A stretch of DNA of 64,000 nucleotides from an uncultured Actinomycetes bacterium (lineage in GTDB: Bacteria; Actinomycetota; Thermoleophilia; Gaiellales; Gaiellaceae): NCBI GenBank assembly GCA_963839425.1, contig CAWIUX010000005.1, forward strand, positions 258,991 through 322,990, in the 5' to 3' direction. A program made the translations under genes and the position numbers. Below are positions 34,577 through 44,440 of the stretch, in pieces. The notes under the pieces were generated by a model. The model was not told the DNA's origin, did not search any database, and saw only the letters and a list, made by a program, of their open reading frames with translations. Every line of letters begins with the position of its first letter. The first letter of the stretch is position 1.

Positions 34577-35181
34577 GCGCCCACGTGGAAGCCGCCGAGC
34601 ACCACCACGGGCCGCCCGTCGCGAACCAGAGCTCGCGCGTCAGCTCGACGGTGCTCGGCATGTTCCTGTTCATCGCGTCGGAGGCGATGCTCTTCGGCTC
34701 GTTCTTCGCGGCCTACTTCTTCGTCCGCGTCGTCAATCCGAGCGCCGAGCCGTGGCCGCCGGAGCCCTTCCACCTGCCGGTCTTCGTCGCAGGCGTGAAC
34801 ACGGCGATCCTGCTCACGTCGAGCTTCACGATGCACTGGGCGCTGCAGTCGATCAAGCGTGGCAACCGCGCGGGGATGAGGGCGGGGCTCGTGCTCACGT
34901 TCGCGATGGGCCTCGCGTTCCTGTTGACGCAGATGATCGAGTACGCCCACGTCGGCTTCAACACGGGCGATCACGCCTTCGCCTCGGTCTTCTTCGGCCT
35001 CACGGGCCTGCACGGCGCTCACGTCTTCATCGGGCTGACGCTGCTGGGGATGGCGACGGTGCGCGCGTTCCGGGGCCATTTCACAGCGGAGCACCACCAC
35101 GGCGTCGAGCTCCCGGGCATCTACTGGCACTTCGTCGACATCATGTGGATCGTCGTCTACGCGACGATCTACCTCCTCTGA
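34573..35181 (+). CDS. ctaE: Cytochrome c oxidase subunit III
   Basis: LGMFLFIASEAMLFGSFFAAYF...GLHGAHVFIG...YWHFVDIMWIVVY. Confidence 0.9.
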   Translation: MSAHVEAAEHHHGPPVANQSSRVSSTVLGMFLFIASEAMLFGSFFAAYFFVRVVNPSAEPWPPEPFHLPVFVAGVNTAILLTSSFTMHWALQSIKRGNRAGMRAGLVLTFAMGLAFLLTQMIEYAHVGFNTGDHAFASVFFGLTGLHGAHVFIGLTLLGMATVRAFRGHFTAEHHHGVELPGIYWHFVDIMWIVVYATIYLL

Positions 35182-35191
35182 GGGGCTGATC

Positions 35192-35821
35192 GTGCGCAAT
35201 CCATTCCGCAGCGAGGCAGAGGCGTACCGCTTTCTCCTGTTGACGGTGGGAGCGTTCACACTGATCGTCGCCGGCGCGTTCGTGAACCGGTGGCTCGGCG
35301 TCGCGGTCTGGCTCGTGGTCAGCGCCGCCGCAGTGCAGTTCTACTTCCGCCAGCGCGGCGAGCCGTCGCCGCGGGCGCATGTCGAGCACGTCGGGCCCGA
35401 GGACGAGCGCCGGATTCTCGTGATCGCGGACGAGACGCTGGGCGGCGAGTCGTTGCAGGCGCTCATCCGGGAGCGCGCCGAGGGCGTGCGCGAGCAGGTG
35501 CTCGTCGTCTGCCCCGCGCTGAACTCGCCCGTGCGCCACTGGGCCTCAGACGAGGACGCCGCCAGAGAGGACGCGCAGGCCCGGCTCGACGCTTGCCTTG
35601 CGACGCTCGCGGCCGCGGGCGTGCAGGCACGTGGTGAGGTCGGGGACGCCGACCCGTTGCAGGCGATCGAGGACGCGCTGCGAACGTTCGGCGCGGACGA
35701 GATCGTGATCGCCACGCATCCGGAGGGCCACTCCCACTGGCTCGAGCGCGGGGTCGTCTCCCACGCGCGCGAGCGCTTCGACGCCCCGATCACACACGTG
35801 ATCGTCGAGTCCGGCGACTAG
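35192..35821 (+). CDS. Membrane-anchored (2 TM) single USP-like module protein, paralogue of 33740..34576
   Basis: N-terminal FLLLTVGAFTLIVAGAF / VAVWLVVSAAAV helices, then ILVIADETL...ATHPEGHSHWLERG...PITHVIV. GAGGGG RBS. Confidence 0.6.
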   Translation: MRNPFRSEAEAYRFLLLTVGAFTLIVAGAFVNRWLGVAVWLVVSAAAVQFYFRQRGEPSPRAHVEHVGPEDERRILVIADETLGGESLQALIRERAEGVREQVLVVCPALNSPVRHWASDEDAAREDAQARLDACLATLAAAGVQARGEVGDADPLQAIEDALRTFGADEIVIATHPEGHSHWLERGVVSHARERFDAPITHVIVESGD

Positions 35822-35925
35822 CGCCGCCCACCGCCGCCCGCAGTTCCTCGACGACCACCGCCCCTTGCCGACAGTTCCAGACACCTGGGCATGTCCTGGC
35901 AGGACGTGGGCGGCGGAGCCGAGGG

Positions 35926-36300
35926 TTACTGGCCCGCGACCGCCGCGACGTAGGCCGCGACGTCGTTCGCGTCCTGACCCGTCACGATGTCGGCGGGCAT
36001 GCCGGGCGAGCCGGTGACGGGCTCCGTGACCGGATAGGCGATCTGGCCGCGCACGACCTGGCGCACGGTCGCCTCCGTCATCCCGTCTTCACGGGCGCGG
36101 CGGAACGCGTCGTCGAGGTTCGGGCCGACCTTGCCCCCCGTGCCGGCGTCGGCGAGCGTATGGCAGGAGCCGCACTTCTGCGCGAACAGCTCCTTGCCGT
36201 TGCCGCGGTCGCCGCCCGCCTTCGTATAGCCGACGGAGCCGCAGCCCGCCACGACGAGCGTGGCCGCGCCGAGGGCCAGCAGCCCCGCGAGCCTTCGCAC
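35926..36300 (-). CDS. c-type cytochrome, probable lipoprotein
   Basis: Lipobox LVVAGC, heme motif CGSCH and a distal Met (PGMP). Confidence 0.85.
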   Translation of the reverse strand: MRRLAGLLALGAATLVVAGCGSVGYTKAGGDRGNGKELFAQKCGSCHTLADAGTGGKVGPNLDDAFRRAREDGMTEATVRQVVRGQIAYPVTEPVTGSPGMPADIVTGQDANDVAAYVAAVAGQ

Positions 36301-36301
36301 G

Positions 36302-36655
36302 CTAGTCCCCCGATCCGACGGCGCCGAGGGCCTCGTCGCGCCCGGCGTAGATCGCGAGCACGCGGTCGAGCCCGGTGATCTCGAAGATCTTGCGGATGCT
36401 GCGGTCGCTGCAGACGATCGACAGCTTGCCGTCGCGCTCGCGCAGCCGGCGAACGGCGCCGACGAGGACGCCGAGCGTCGCCGAGTCGATGAAGGTCGTC
36501 CGCGTCAGGTCGACGACGATCTGCGTGACGCCGCCCTCGATCGCCTCGAGCAGCTCCTGCTTCAGCTCGGGCGCGGTGTACAGGTCGAGCTCGCCCACCG
36601 GTGAGATCACCGCTTGTGCGTCGCTCAGCCGCTCTGTCGTGACGTCGAAGTCCAT
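36302..36655 (-). CDS. STAS domain anti-sigma-factor antagonist (SpoIIAA/RsbV-like)
   Basis: 117 aa. GELDLYTAPELK...VVDLTRTTFIDSATLGVLV. Confidence 0.85.
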   Translation of the reverse strand: MDFDVTTERLSDAQAVISPVGELDLYTAPELKQELLEAIEGGVTQIVVDLTRTTFIDSATLGVLVGAVRRLRERDGKLSIVCSDRSIRKIFEITGLDRVLAIYAGRDEALGAVGSGD

Positions 36656-36677
36656 GGCTTCCCGGAGTCCGGTAAGT

Positions 36678-37540
36678 CTAACCCGACGAGGCGGCCTTGA
36701 GCTGCTTGACCTGCTGCCTCACGATCGGCGCGCTCGGGTCGTCGGGAGCGAGCTCGAGGAACCGCTCGTAGGCGGCGATCGCACCCTTCGTGTCTCCGGT
36801 CTGCTCGGCGACCTGCGCCAGCTCGATCTGGATGTTCGCGTCGTCGGGCGCTGCCTTGGCGAGCCGGTCGTACGTTCCCTTCGCGCTGGCGAACGCCTCC
36901 TGCACCGCGGTGTACACCTTCGTGAGCTCCGCGGTGGCGATCGCCTCGACGGCCTGCCGGATCTCGTCCTTGCCGAGCGACTGGCCGTCGCCGAGCTTCA
37001 GCGGCTCGCCGAACGTCGAGCCGCCGGTGAGGTACTGGGCGCGGATCTGGGCGATCTGGGCCTGCTGCTGGAGCTGGCTCGCTTGCGCGAGGTAGAGGCC
37101 CGCGAGCTCGCGCAGCGCGTCGGTGTCCTTCGGCTTCAGGGCCGTGTACTGCTCGAGCGGCTCGATCGACTCGTCGCCCTTGCCGTCGGCCTGGAGCGCC
37201 GTGGCGAGATCGCGGTAGGCCTGCGCGTTCTGCTTGTTGGCGGCGATCTTCGCGCGGGCCTCCTTCACGGACGGCGTGTCGGAGCCGCCCGCGCCGCCGC
37301 CGCCGCGGAAGACGTCGCCGACGCCGATGCCGCCGGCCCCGACGCCGAAGATGACGAAGCCGAGCCCGAAGACGAGCGCGAGCAGCACGAACATCCACTT
37401 CGCGTGCCGCCGGAGCTTGGGGAAGAACATGGTGTCTTCGATCGACGGCGTGCCGCCCTTGCGGCTGCTGCCGCCGCCCGCGCGACTTACGGGAGCAGGT
37501 GCTTTCGCGCGCTGCGAGCGGCGTCTGTCAGCTCGTGCCA
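36678..37540 (-). CDS. TPR-repeat membrane-anchored protein
   Basis: One TM (WMFVLLALVFGLGFVIFGV), a Gly-rich linker, then TPR-like helices. The start is ATG 37540 or ATG 37430. Confidence 0.6.
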
Positions 37541-38764
37541 TGCCATCCCTCCTCTCTCGTATCGGGTCTCGCCAGCTACGAGCGTAGCGAGGACGCGCGC
37601 GGGAGAGCCGCCGAACACGACGGCGACGGCCGGATCCTCCCACGGCAGGAACGGCGATGCGGCGAGCGAGACGACCGCCACGTCCGCCTGCTTGCCGGGG
37701 ACGAGGGAGCCGATCTCGGCCGCCAGGCCGAGCGCCTGCGCCGAGCCGAGCGTCGCCAGCTCGAGCGCGGCGGCCGCGGCGAGTGCGTCCGGGCGCCGCT
37801 CGCGGGCGCGCGCGGCGAAGACGGCGGCACGCAGCTCGTCGAACATGTCGAACGACGGTGTCGAGGCCGGGCTGTCGGTGCCGAGCCCGACGCGGAGGCC
37901 GGCCTCGCGCAGCGCGGCCACCGGAGCGATCCCGCAACCGAGGTACGCGTTCGAGCGCGGGCAGTGAGCGACCGCGACGTCGTGCGCTGCGAGCAGCGCG
38001 ATCTCTGCGGCGTCCACCGTGACGCAGTGCGCGGCGACCATGCGGGAGTCGAGCAGCCCGTGCTCGGCGAGCAGCCGGATCCCGCTCGTGCCCGGCGGCG
38101 GCGGCAGCGTCTCGCGGAACTGTTCCCACGGGCCCGTGCCCGCCGTCAGCCACTCGTGCTCGTCGCCGCTCTCGGCGAGGTGCGTGGCGACCGGCAGGCC
38201 GAGCCCGAGGCAGGCGGCGTACAGCTCGACCCCGCAGCTGTAGGGCGCGTGCGGCGACACGCCGAGCCGCACGCGGTCGGAGAGAGACCCCCGGATCCGC
38301 TCGAGGTTCGTCTCGAAGCGCGTGGAGAGCTGCTCGGCCGTCTCCCCGAAGACCTCGAGGTGGACGATCGCGCGCAGGCCGAGCTCGGCGCACGCCGGCA
38401 CGGCCGCGCCGCTGAAGCTCGCGTCGGCGACGGTCGTGATCCCGGAGCGGAGGCATTCGGCGGCTCCGAGGCGTGCGATCGCCTCCATCTCCGGCAGGCC
38501 GATCCGCGCCTTGCGCTCGATGTGCATGAGCAGCCACGGCGCGAACGGGAGCCCGTCGCCGAAGCCGGCATAGACCGCGTACTCGAGGTGCGAGTGAGCG
38601 TTGACGAAGCCCGGGAGGATCACCGCCTCCTCGAAGTGGCGGCCCCGGCCGAGCTCGGCGATCGTGCCGACGGCGGCGATCCGGCCGTGCTCGATCGCGA
38701 CCGCTCCCTGCTCGATCGGCGGTCCCTCGACCGGCAGCACCCAGTCCGCCGAGAGCAGGTCCAC
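37487..38764 (-). CDS. Amidohydrolase family protein (nucleoside/nucleobase deaminase-like)
   Basis: GFVNAHSHLE metal-binding HxH motif, HLAES and GTDSP. GTG 38764 overlaps the tatC stop by 1 nt. Confidence 0.8.
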   Translation of the reverse strand: MDLLSADWVLPVEGPPIEQGAVAIEHGRIAAVGTIAELGRGRHFEEAVILPGFVNAHSHLEYAVYAGFGDGLPFAPWLLMHIERKARIGLPEMEAIARLGAAECLRSGITTVADASFSGAAVPACAELGLRAIVHLEVFGETAEQLSTRFETNLERIRGSLSDRVRLGVSPHAPYSCGVELYAACLGLGLPVATHLAESGDEHEWLTAGTGPWEQFRETLPPPPGTSGIRLLAEHGLLDSRMVAAHCVTVDAAEIALLAAHDVAVAHCPRSNAYLGCGIAPVAALREAGLRVGLGTDSPASTPSFDMFDELRAAVFAARARERRPDALAAAAALELATLGSAQALGLAAEIGSLVPGKQADVAVVSLAASPFLPWEDPAVAVVFGGSPARVLATLVAGETRYERGGMAWHELTDAARSARKHLLP

Positions 38765-39539
38765 TACGGCTGCTCGGCCCAGAGGCCTTCGCCGGCTCGT
38801 TCCCAGCGCCGCTCCATCAGCACGGCGAGCCAGATCGAGGCTTCGAACAGGACGAGGAGCGGCAGCGTCTCGAAGAGCAGCGAGACGGGGTCCACCGTCG
38901 GCAGCAGGATCGCGAGCACGACGACGAGCACGAAGCCGATGCGACGGTTCCGCCGCAGCTTGTCGGCGGTCAGCACGCGCAGGCGCACGAGCGCGAGGAT
39001 CCAGATCGGCAGCTCGAAGACCATCCCCATCGCGAACAGCACGAGCGCGGCGAACGAGTAGTAGTAGCTCGCCCGCACCTGGATGTCGTAGAGGTTCTCG
39101 TCGTACGTCGTCAGGAACTCGACCGCCCGGGGCAGCGCGAGGTAGTACGAGAAGGCGACGCCGCCCGCGAAGAGGGCGGTCGCGATCGCGACGAAGCACC
39201 GCGACCACGCGTTGCGTCTTCTCCTCGAACGCCGGCGCGAGGAAGCTCCAGACCTGGTAGAGGAGCACCGGCAGGGCGACCGCGAGCGCCGCGTAGAAGC
39301 TCACCTTGACCGACGTGAAGAAGGGCTCGGTGACCCCGAATGTGACGAGCCGCTTGTCGTCGGGGAGCGGCGCGCTGAGCCACTCGATCAGCCGCCCGTG
39401 GAACGCGAAGGCGACGATGAAGCGACGGGAGGAGCGCGAAGATGCAGATGAGGAGCCGCGTGCGCAGCTCGCCCAGGTGCTCGACGAGCGTCGCCTCTTC
39501 GCCGTGGCGAAGACGCCGCGGCAGCAGGCTTCGCCGCAT
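38764..39539 (-). pseudogene. tatC: Twin-arginine translocase subunit TatC with at least 2 frame switches (near 39425 and 39205)
   Basis: N-terminus MRRS...LVEHLGELRTRLLICIF, middle FIVAFAFHGRLIEWLSAPLP...LYQVWSFLAPA and C-terminus SYYYSFAALVLFAMGMVFELP lie in three frames. Confidence 0.8.
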
Positions 39540-39551
39540 GACCCGGAGGAG

Positions 39552-39795
39552 CTAGCCGACCGTGTCGCGCTCGCGCGACTCGGCCGTGGCGGAATCGCCC
39601 GACTGCGCGGGCGGCAGCTCGGAGGCCTGGGTCGCTGTGGACGGGCTCGTCGTCCTTGCCCGAGATCGAGTCCTTGAACTCGCGCATGCCCTTGCCGAGC
39701 GAGCGGCCCATCTCCGGCAGCCGCTTCGGGCCGAAGACGAGCAGCAGGACGAGTAGCAGGATGAGCAGCTCCCAGACACCGATCCCGAAGGGCAT
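39552..39795 (-). pseudogene. tatA: Twin-arginine translocase subunit TatA/E with one frame switch near 39628
   Basis: MPFGIGVWELLILLLVLLLVFGPKRLPEMGRSLGKGMREFK. The acidic tail and TAG stop are recovered after removing one base (gacCcag). Confidence 0.8.
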
Positions 39796-39933
39796 GGCGC
39801 GAGGATACCACCACCTTCGAGCGTGCTGTTCCCGCTCTGATCCGAATTGACTAGCCGCCTCGCCGTATCGGCTACCATGAGTCACATGCGGGCCCCCGGG
39901 TTCCGGTACTGGCGAGGAATTGAGGCGCACGAA

Positions 39934-40702
<769 letters not shown>

Positions 40703-40703
<1 letters not shown>

Positions 40704-43276
40704 TGAGCACCCAGCACGAGACCGACACCGTCAAGGAGATCCGCAGCGAGTACAAGTACGGCTTCTCGAACCCGGACGAGGCGAAGGACTACTTCTTCAA
40801 GTCCGGGCGCGGGCTCTCGCCCGAGCTCGTCGCGGCGATCTCGGCGCACAAGAACGAGCCCGAGTGGATGCTCAAGTTCCGGCTCAAGTCGCTCGACTAC
40901 TTCAACGCGCGCCCGCTCCCGACGTGGGGCGGCAACGTCGCCGAGATCGACTTCGACAACATCTTCTACTACATCAAGCCGACCGAGAAGCAGGTCGACA
41001 AGTGGGAGGACCTGCCCGCCGACATCCTCGACACGTGGGACAAGCTGGGCATCCCGGAGGCGGAGAAGAAGTACCTCGCCGGCGTCGGCGCCCAGTACGA
41101 GTCGGAGGTCGTCTACCACAAGCTCCAGGCCGATCTCGAGGCGAAGGGCGTCATCTTCCTCGACATGGACTCGGCCCTGCGCGACCACGAGGACATCGTC
41201 AAGCAGCACATCGGGCACGATCATCCCGCAGAACGACAACAAGTTCGCGGCGCTCAACTCGGCCGTCTGGTCGGGCGGCTCGTTCATCTACGTGCCGCCG
41301 GGCGTGCGCGATCGAGATGCCGCTCCAGGCCTACTTCCGCATCAACGCCGAGAACATGGGCCAGTTCGAGCGGACGCTGATCATCGTCGACGAGGACGCC
41401 TACGTGCACTACGTGGAGGGCTGCCATCTCGGCGGGCATCGATGGTGCGCGTGCGCGAGCGGCGAGAAGCCGATCGAGAGCAATCGAGATCGGCGACGAG
41501 GTCGTCACGCACGAGGGCCGGTTCCGACGCGTTCGAGACGCGATGCAGCGCCGCTTCGAAGGTCCCGATCTTCCGCATGACGTTCGCCGGTGAGCGGGTA
41601 TCGCTCGCTTGCGGTCACACCGCGGCACCCGTTCCTCGTCGCGACGCGAGATCGCCCGCGCGCCCACAACCGCACCTTCTCGGCGGAGTGGAAGGAGGCT
41701 TGGGAGCTCCGGGTCGGGGACTATCTCGCCGTGCCGGCGGCGATCGACGTCGAGCGCGACGCACGACCGTTCACCGCGAGGAGGTTCTCGTCGGCGCAGG
41801 GCGCCACGCTCCCGCGGCCGAGCAGGTCGAGCGTCGAGCTCTCTCCCGATGTTTGCCGCGTGATGGGTCTCTATGTTGCGGAAGGCTCGGTGAGCGCCGA
41901 ACACGCTCGTACCGTCGCGTTCGACAGCGTCGACGCACGAGGAGCATCTGCGCGAGCTCGTCGAGGACGTGATCGAGGGATCGTTCGGGCTGGAGCCCTG
42001 GACGTACGAGTACGCCGAGCCAGCGCGAAGGGCGCTCAGGTGCGGTTACTCGTCGCGTCCGTGCAGCCCGCTTCTTCGCACAGACCTTCGGGCGCACGCA
42101 CGCCGAGAAGCTGCCGAGTACCCGATCATGGATGCTTCGGGCTCGGAGACGTCGAAGGCGGAGCTGCTTCGTCAGACGGGTCTGTACGACGGAGAGGGAA
42201 GCTACTACCGCGAGCTCGATCTGTACCGGATCAATCAGACGAACCAGGACGTCGCCCAGCGCCTCCGCGAGCTCTTGCTCTCGCTCGGCATCCGCGCTAT
42301 CGCTGAGCCGATCGTCGCGGCACGGCGCCTCGGCGGGATATCTGGCAGCTCGCGATCTGCAAGCTGGACAACGTGGTGTTCGAGCGCACCGTGCTCGGCG
42401 CGACTCAGACCGAACCGCGACACCAGAAGGCCGACGTCGTGATCGCGGACGGGTACTGCTGGATGCCGATCCGGTCGATCGAGGACGATCCAGGCCAACT
42501 GCACCGTCTACAACCTGAGCGTCGAGGAGGACGAAAGCTACGTCTGCGAAGGTGTGGTCTCGCACAACTGCACGGCGCCGATCTACTCCTCCGACTCGCT
42601 CCACTCGGCGGTCGTCGAGATCATCGTCAAGCCGCGCGGGCGGTGCCGCTACACGACGATCCAGAACTGGTCGAACAACGTCTACAACCTCGTCACCAAG
42701 CGCGCCGTCGCATATCAGGACGCGACAATGGAGTGGGTGGACGGCAATCTCGGCTCGAAGCTGACGATGAAGTATCCGGCGATCTGGCTGATGGGCGACC
42801 GCGCCCACGGCGAGGTGCTCTCGATCGCCTTCGCGGGCAAGGGCCAGCACCAGGACGCGGGCGGCAAGTGCGTCCACGTCGCGCCGAACACGACCAGCGT
42901 GATCACCTCGAAGTCGATCTCGAAGGACGGCGGCCGCGCCGGCTACCGCGGGCTGCTCGAGGTGGCGAAGGGCGCGCACGGCGCGCGCTCGAAGGTCGTC
43001 TGCGACGCGCTGATCCTCGACGAGGAGTCGCGCTCCGACACCTATCCGTACATCCGGATCGACGAGAGCGACGTCACGATCGGCCACGAGGCGACCGTCT
43101 CGAAGATCGGCGAGGAGCAGCTCTTCTACCTGATGAGCCGCGGCCTCTCGGAGGCAGAGGCGAGCGCGATGATCGTCTCCGGCTTCGTCGAGCCGATCAC
43201 GAAGGAGCTGCCGCTCGAGTACGCCGTCGAGATGAACCGGCTGATCCTGCTGCAGATGGAGGGCTCGGTTGGATAG
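40703..43276 (+). pseudogene. sufB: Fe-S cluster assembly protein SufB, intein-containing, with frame switches in the N-extein (near 41217 and 41310) and inside the intein
   Basis: N-extein ...[19 protein letters not shown], and C-extein [20 protein letters not shown]...[20 protein letters not shown]...[10 protein letters not shown]... Confidence 0.85.
41422..42568 (+). mobile_element. SufB intein with a LAGLIDADG homing-endonuclease domain (about 380 codons; internally frame-disrupted)
   Basis: Starts with Cys after VEG. Block [21 protein letters not shown] motifs GLYVAEGS and GLYDGEGS. C-terminal [21 protein letters not shown] is followed by the +1 Cys of CTAP. Confidence 0.75.
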
Positions 43277-44440
43277 AGCCGCTGCGGCGGCTCGCTACCA
43301 GGAGCTTCCGGTACCGGAAACGACCGAGGAGTCCTGGCGCTTCACCGATCTCAAGGGCTTCGACCCGGAGTCCTTCTCGGCGAACGGGGCGACGACGGTC
43401 GCGGACGCGCCCGCGCTGCTCGAGCTCGACGCCGCCGGCGTCGCGCACGTCTCCGAGGGCGGGCTCGAGATCGTCTCGGCGCCCGAGGGCGTCCGCTTCG
43501 AGGCGCTGACCGACCACCCGCTGCTCGGCGAGCTCGTCGGCACGGGCGAGAAGTTCGCCGCCCACAACGCGGCCCGCTGGGTGAACGGGCTGCTCGTGCA
43601 CGTGCCCAAGGGCGTCGTGCTGGAGAAGCCCCTCTACGTCCGCGTCGCGAACGCGGTGGAGGGCGGCTCGCTCTTCTGGCGGCTGCTGATCGTCGCCGAG
43701 CCGCAGAGCCGCTTCACGCGTGATCGAGGAGTACGCCTCGGCCGACCCCGCGCTCGCCGGCTACTCGAACGCGGCGGTCGAGATCTTCGTCGAGGGAGGC
43801 GCGAAGGTCGAGTACGTCTCGCGTGCAGAGCCTCTCGCGCGAGACGTGGCACTTCGCGTCGCACCACGCGCGCGTCGGCCGCGACGCCGAGCTCGACTGG
43901 GTCGCGGGCGGCTTCGGCTCGAAGAAGGGGAAGATCCGGATCCAGAACGACCTCGCCGGCCCCGGCGCCACCTCGCGCGTCACCGGCGCGTACTTCGCCG
44001 ACGGGACGCAGCACCTCGACTACGACACCTTCCAGGAGCACATCGCTCCGAACACGACCTCCGACTTCGCCTTCAAGGGCGCGCTTCGCGACGACTCGAG
44101 CGCCGTCTGGCGCGGGATGATCCGCGTCGAGAAGGACGCGCAGAAGACGAACGCGTACCAGGAGAACCGCAGCCTGCTGCTCTCGAAGACCGCCCACGCC
44201 GACTCGATCCCGGGCCTCGAGATCCTGGCCAACGACGTGCGCTGCACCCACGGTGCGACGCTCGGCCAGGTCGACCGCGAGCAGCTCTTCTACCTGATGG
44301 CGCGCGGCCTGCCGCGCAGCGAGGCCGAGCGCCTGATCGTCCGCGGCTTCTTCCAGGACGTGCTCGACCGGATCGAGCTGGTGCCGGTGCGCGAAGCGCT
44401 CGGCGCCGCGCTCGAAGCGCGCATTCCGCAGGCAAGCTAA
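43269..44440 (+). pseudogene. sufD: Fe-S cluster assembly protein SufD with 2 frame switches (near 43715 and 43820)
   Basis: Pieces ...SWRFTDLKGF...LYVRVANAVEGGSLFWRLLIVAEPQSRF / IEEYASADPALAGYSNAAVEIFVEGGAKVEYVS / QSLSRETWHFASHHARVGRDAELDW...RGFFQDVLDRI lie in three frames. Confidence 0.8.
44114..44433 (+). repeat. Direct repeat copy A (3' end of intact sufD)
   Basis: 320 bp. Matches 46438-46757 with 5 substitutions, at 44155, 44239, 44254, 44341 and 44392. Confidence 0.9.

Noticed and set aside
35822-35925. 10-bp inverted repeat CGCCGCCCAC / GTGGGCGGCG flanking about 75 bp between two convergent genes.
   Set aside because: It is short and GC-rich, so chance complementarity is plausible in this genome. 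It has no U-tract and no other supporting feature. It is probably just a weak terminator-like structure.
39796-39933. A TTGACT ... TACCAT promoter-like pair upstream of sufC.
   Set aside because: The spacer is about 20 nt, which is too long for a canonical sigma-70-type promoter, so I did not call it.
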